Program-made: the position numbers and the translations under genes
The notes under the pieces: generated by a model
What the model saw: only the letters and a program-made list of their open reading frames with translations
Told to the model about the DNA's origin: nothing
The model's database searches: none
Shown: piece by piece, positions 61,428 to 64,000 of the stretch
How the letters are laid out: every line of letters starts with the position of its first letter
Numbering within the stretch: position 1 is the first letter of the stretch
Source: Thermogemmatispora sp.
GTDB taxonomy: Bacteria > Chloroflexota > Ktedonobacteria > Ktedonobacterales > Ktedonobacteraceae
Direction: 5' to 3'
Assembly: GCF_019683755.1 (NCBI RefSeq)
Contig: NZ_JADGHT010000001.1
Location: 18,246-82,245, forward strand
DNA length: 64,000 bases

Positions 61428-61667
61428 AGCCTTCTCCCATCCGGACTGTTACCGTCGGCTTCGGCCTCTCACCGAATCCATCGCCGGCGCCGACCATGCA
61501 AAATGGTCTTGGCTGTCAGCGCAACCTCTCTGGCTTAGCCAGCTCCAGTCTTGCACTGACATGTCTCACAAGCGCTCAGCGAGTCGCGGGCTCGGCAGCT
61601 CATGCGCGGCTGTGGCGTATGGCTGCCATACCGCCGGTCGGGAATTGCACCCTGCCCCGAAGGTCTT
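61428..61667 (-). ncRNA. FMN riboswitch (RFN) with insertions
   Basis: Minus strand CTTCGGGGCAGGGTGCAATTCCCGACCGGCGGT..GCCCGCGA..CGGTGAGAGGCCGAAGCCGACGGTAACAGTCCGGATGGGAGAAG. Confidence 0.95.
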
Positions 61668-61836
61668 GTTTTTATCTTTGTCGATATTATGACACAGAGC
61701 GCAGGAGCGGTGCAAGAGGGAGCCGCTCTCTGCAGGAGAACAGGCCGCCGTGGACGATCGGCACTCGGTGAGCGGCTGCTCCGGTGGTCAGTCGCTCTCA
61801 TTGGCTGCCGATCGTCCGCCGGGCCTGCCCGTGGAC

Positions 61837-62232
61837 TTACCGGCCTGGGAGACGAGCCCCTCTGGTCTTCGCTTGCCTCTCTTCCAGAAGGACAAGCAAC
61901 AGGCCACCCATGAGGCCCAGGTTTTTGGCAAACTGAATCTGCTGGGCCTGACGGGCCTGCGGATCGCTCTCTTGCCAGAACGGATGGCCCACGATGGTTG
62001 TGGGAACGAGCACGCCAAGCAGGATTGCGGCAGCCAGACGCGGCAACCAGCCCAGTGCCAGAGCCGTCCCAGCGACCACCATTGTGGCCCCGTTCAGGAC
62101 AACCGCCCGCTCCGGCTGGGCGATTCCGAAGCGGGCTACTCGCGCCGGACGGTTCCCCGGGTTCAGGAAAGCATCAGCGCCGCCTTTAATGAAGATGAGG
62201 GATAGCAGCAAACGTGCCAGTGCTCGGATCAT
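61837..62232 (-). CDS. DoxX family membrane protein
   Basis: ARLLLSLIF, HPFW, FAKNLGLMGGLL. Confidence 0.88.
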   Translation of the reverse strand: MIRALARLLLSLIFIKGGADAFLNPGNRPARVARFGIAQPERAVVLNGATMVVAGTALALGWLPRLAAAILLGVLVPTTIVGHPFWQESDPQARQAQQIQFAKNLGLMGGLLLVLLEERQAKTRGARLPGR

Positions 62233-62571
62233 CAGCGTAATCGTGGTCTCCTCTTTTCTCTCACTGTAGCAGCAAACCTGCTCGGGCTCTGCATGGCCCC
62301 GCAAAGGCTCCGCTGCTCAAACGGGCCGAGCGGGCGCCACCAGCAGCCGCTCGACTTCTCCTCTACTCAACCTCGCCCAGGCGAGCACACAGTCAAGATG
62401 TCCGCCCGGCGAGAAACAGATCAGATGGCAGCTTGCTCTCCTCCTTTCTTCATTCTATGCTGTCGGGCTAGGGGATGCCAGCGTGCTGAGTGCGGACCAC
62501 TTTCTTGCGCGGCTGCTCTGCATTTGCAGGAGGAGCGAGTGACGAAATATAATACTCACCCAGGAGGATGT

Positions 62572-63366
62572 ATGGGCGCGGAACTACGGATTATCCCCGT
62601 CACAGGTATTGGCGAGATTACCCCAGGGAGCGACCTGGGGGTTATCATCTATACTGCCCTGCGAAACCAGGGGTTGACGCTCGTCGATGGCGATATCCTG
62701 GTCGTTACGCAGAAGATTGTGTCAAAAGCCGAGGGACGGCTGATCAGCCTGGAGGAGGTCACTCCCTCGGCCTTCGCCCGGACCATTGCCCACGAGACTG
62801 GTAAGGACCCCCGCCTGGTGGAGGTGATTCTGCGCGAAACACGACGGTTGGTGCGTATGGACCGCGGGGTCCTGATCTGCGAGACACATCACGGCTTTAT
62901 CTGCGCTAATGCCGGCGTGGATGAATCCAACCTGGCTGATCAGCACCAGGTGAGCCTGCTACCGCGCGATCCTGATCACTCGGCGCACCTGCTGCGTGAG
63001 CAGCTTGTGCACCTGGCATCCGCCGATGAGTCTCAGCCGCTGCCAGAGGCGGAGAGGCCGCAACGGCTGGCGATCGTGATTACGGACACCTGGGGGCGTC
63101 CCTGGCGCAATGGCCAGGTCAACATGGCGATTGGCGTAGCTGGGCTGGCGCCGATTCGCGACTATCGAGGCGAGCCTGACGCCTATGGCCGTGAGCTGCG
63201 TGTCAGTGCCATTGCAGTGGCTGATGAGCTAGCAGCAGCCGCAGAGTTGGTCATGGGCAAGACCGCCGGTATTCCCGTTGCGCTGATTCGGGGCTACTCC
63301 TATCGCCCTGCCGTGGATGGAGTCAAGCCGCTGCTGCGGGATGCTGCCAGCGATCTCTTTCGTTAG
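62572..63366 (+). CDS. cofE: Coenzyme F420-0:L-glutamate ligase
   Basis: TQKIVSKAEG, CANAGVDESN, DTWGRPWR, ADELAAAA, DLFR. Confidence 0.93.
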   Translation: MGAELRIIPVTGIGEITPGSDLGVIIYTALRNQGLTLVDGDILVVTQKIVSKAEGRLISLEEVTPSAFARTIAHETGKDPRLVEVILRETRRLVRMDRGVLICETHHGFICANAGVDESNLADQHQVSLLPRDPDHSAHLLREQLVHLASADESQPLPEAERPQRLAIVITDTWGRPWRNGQVNMAIGVAGLAPIRDYRGEPDAYGRELRVSAIAVADELAAAAELVMGKTAGIPVALIRGYSYRPAVDGVKPLLRDAASDLFR

Positions 63367-63610
63367 TCGTCTATGAGATTCGGGCGAGTGGCCAGTATAG
63401 AGAGCCAAGCAGGATAGGCCAGAAAGGAATGGCCCGCGTGGCCAGGCGGCGCGCCGACTCTCTGGCGAGCGTGATCTGTTCTCCTGCCAGCTCTGGAGGA
63501 GGGGTACGCCGGCATCAGTTGGCCCTACGGCCCTACGCCATGCCAAGCCCATCCTCTACCAGAGCAGGCTGTGTGCCAAGTCCCAAGCAAAAGACTAGAG
63601 CGAACGAGCC

Positions 63611-64000
63611 GTGACAACCGCTTGTGAACGAGCTGTGACTTTTTCTCAGCGCGCAGGTGACCTGATGACGCTCCTGCGCAGCCGGCGTAGTGTCCGTGTC
63701 TTCCAAGAGCGTCCGGTCCCTGAGGCCCTGCTAGAGCAGGTACTAGAGGCGGCGCGCTGGGCGCCATCGCCGCATGGCCGGCAGCCCTGGCGCTTTGTCA
63801 TCTTCAGCGATCGCGAGCGCAAGGAGCGCTTGATTGAGCGGATGAGTGCCGCCTGGGAGGCGCAGCTCCGCTTAGATCAGCAGCCCGAGGAAATCATTGC
63901 CCTGCGCCTAGAAAAATCGCGCCAGCGCATCCGCCAGGCTCCAGTGCTGATTCTTGCCTGCCTGTATCTGGAAGACCTGGACCGCTATCCTGATGCTGAG
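63611..64000 (+). CDS. Nitroreductase family protein (FbiB C-terminal-like), truncated by window edge
   Basis: Manual translation: LLRSRRSVRVF..AARWAPSPHGRQPWRFV; start GTG 63611 or ATG 63665. Confidence 0.85.
   Translation, partial: MTTACERAVTFSQRAGDLMTLLRSRRSVRVFQERPVPEALLEQVLEAARWAPSPHGRQPWRFVIFSDRERKERLIERMSAAWEAQLRLDQQPEEIIALRLEKSRQRIRQAPVLILACLYLEDLDRYPDAE

Overview
GC-rich bacterial chromosomal window; gene content (RibXY, split CofE/nitroreductase, Chloroflexi-type ArgC N-terminus, several Hanks kinases, a divergent MCP) suggests a Chloroflexota genome, probably Ktedonobacteria/Thermogemmatispora-like (inference only). Mostly housekeeping and metabolic genes: glgB, dksA-lspA-rluD, HU, a GntR/ADP-ribosylglycohydrolase/NCS1/PfkB operon, sucAB, alaX-ileS, argC-argB-hisZ-hisG-(HAD-kinase)-hisH-hisA-hisF-hisIE, CDF, ribXY, cofE. 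Regulatory elements read from the DNA: two T-box leaders and an FMN riboswitch (all with large insertions), a LexA box, a GntR operator and two perfect AT-rich inverted repeats. Best leads: (1) a Cre-type (AGGW) tyrosine recombinase with a loxP-like inverted repeat about 1.4 kb upstream; (2) a degenerate-tip chemoreceptor co-oriented with a family-5 solute-binding lipoprotein behind a 26-bp palindrome; (3) a HAD-phosphatase/kinase fusion translationally coupled inside the his operon; (4) a kinase-CxxC-FHA protein right after sucAB, resembling fused PknG/GarA; (5) an SOS-boxed orphan membrane protein; (6) an arg/his T-box whose specifier may read Pro; (7) IleRS2 with the GVHH motif. No CRISPR array, rRNA, tRNA or IS element was recognised. 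All calls are by eye, with no database search.
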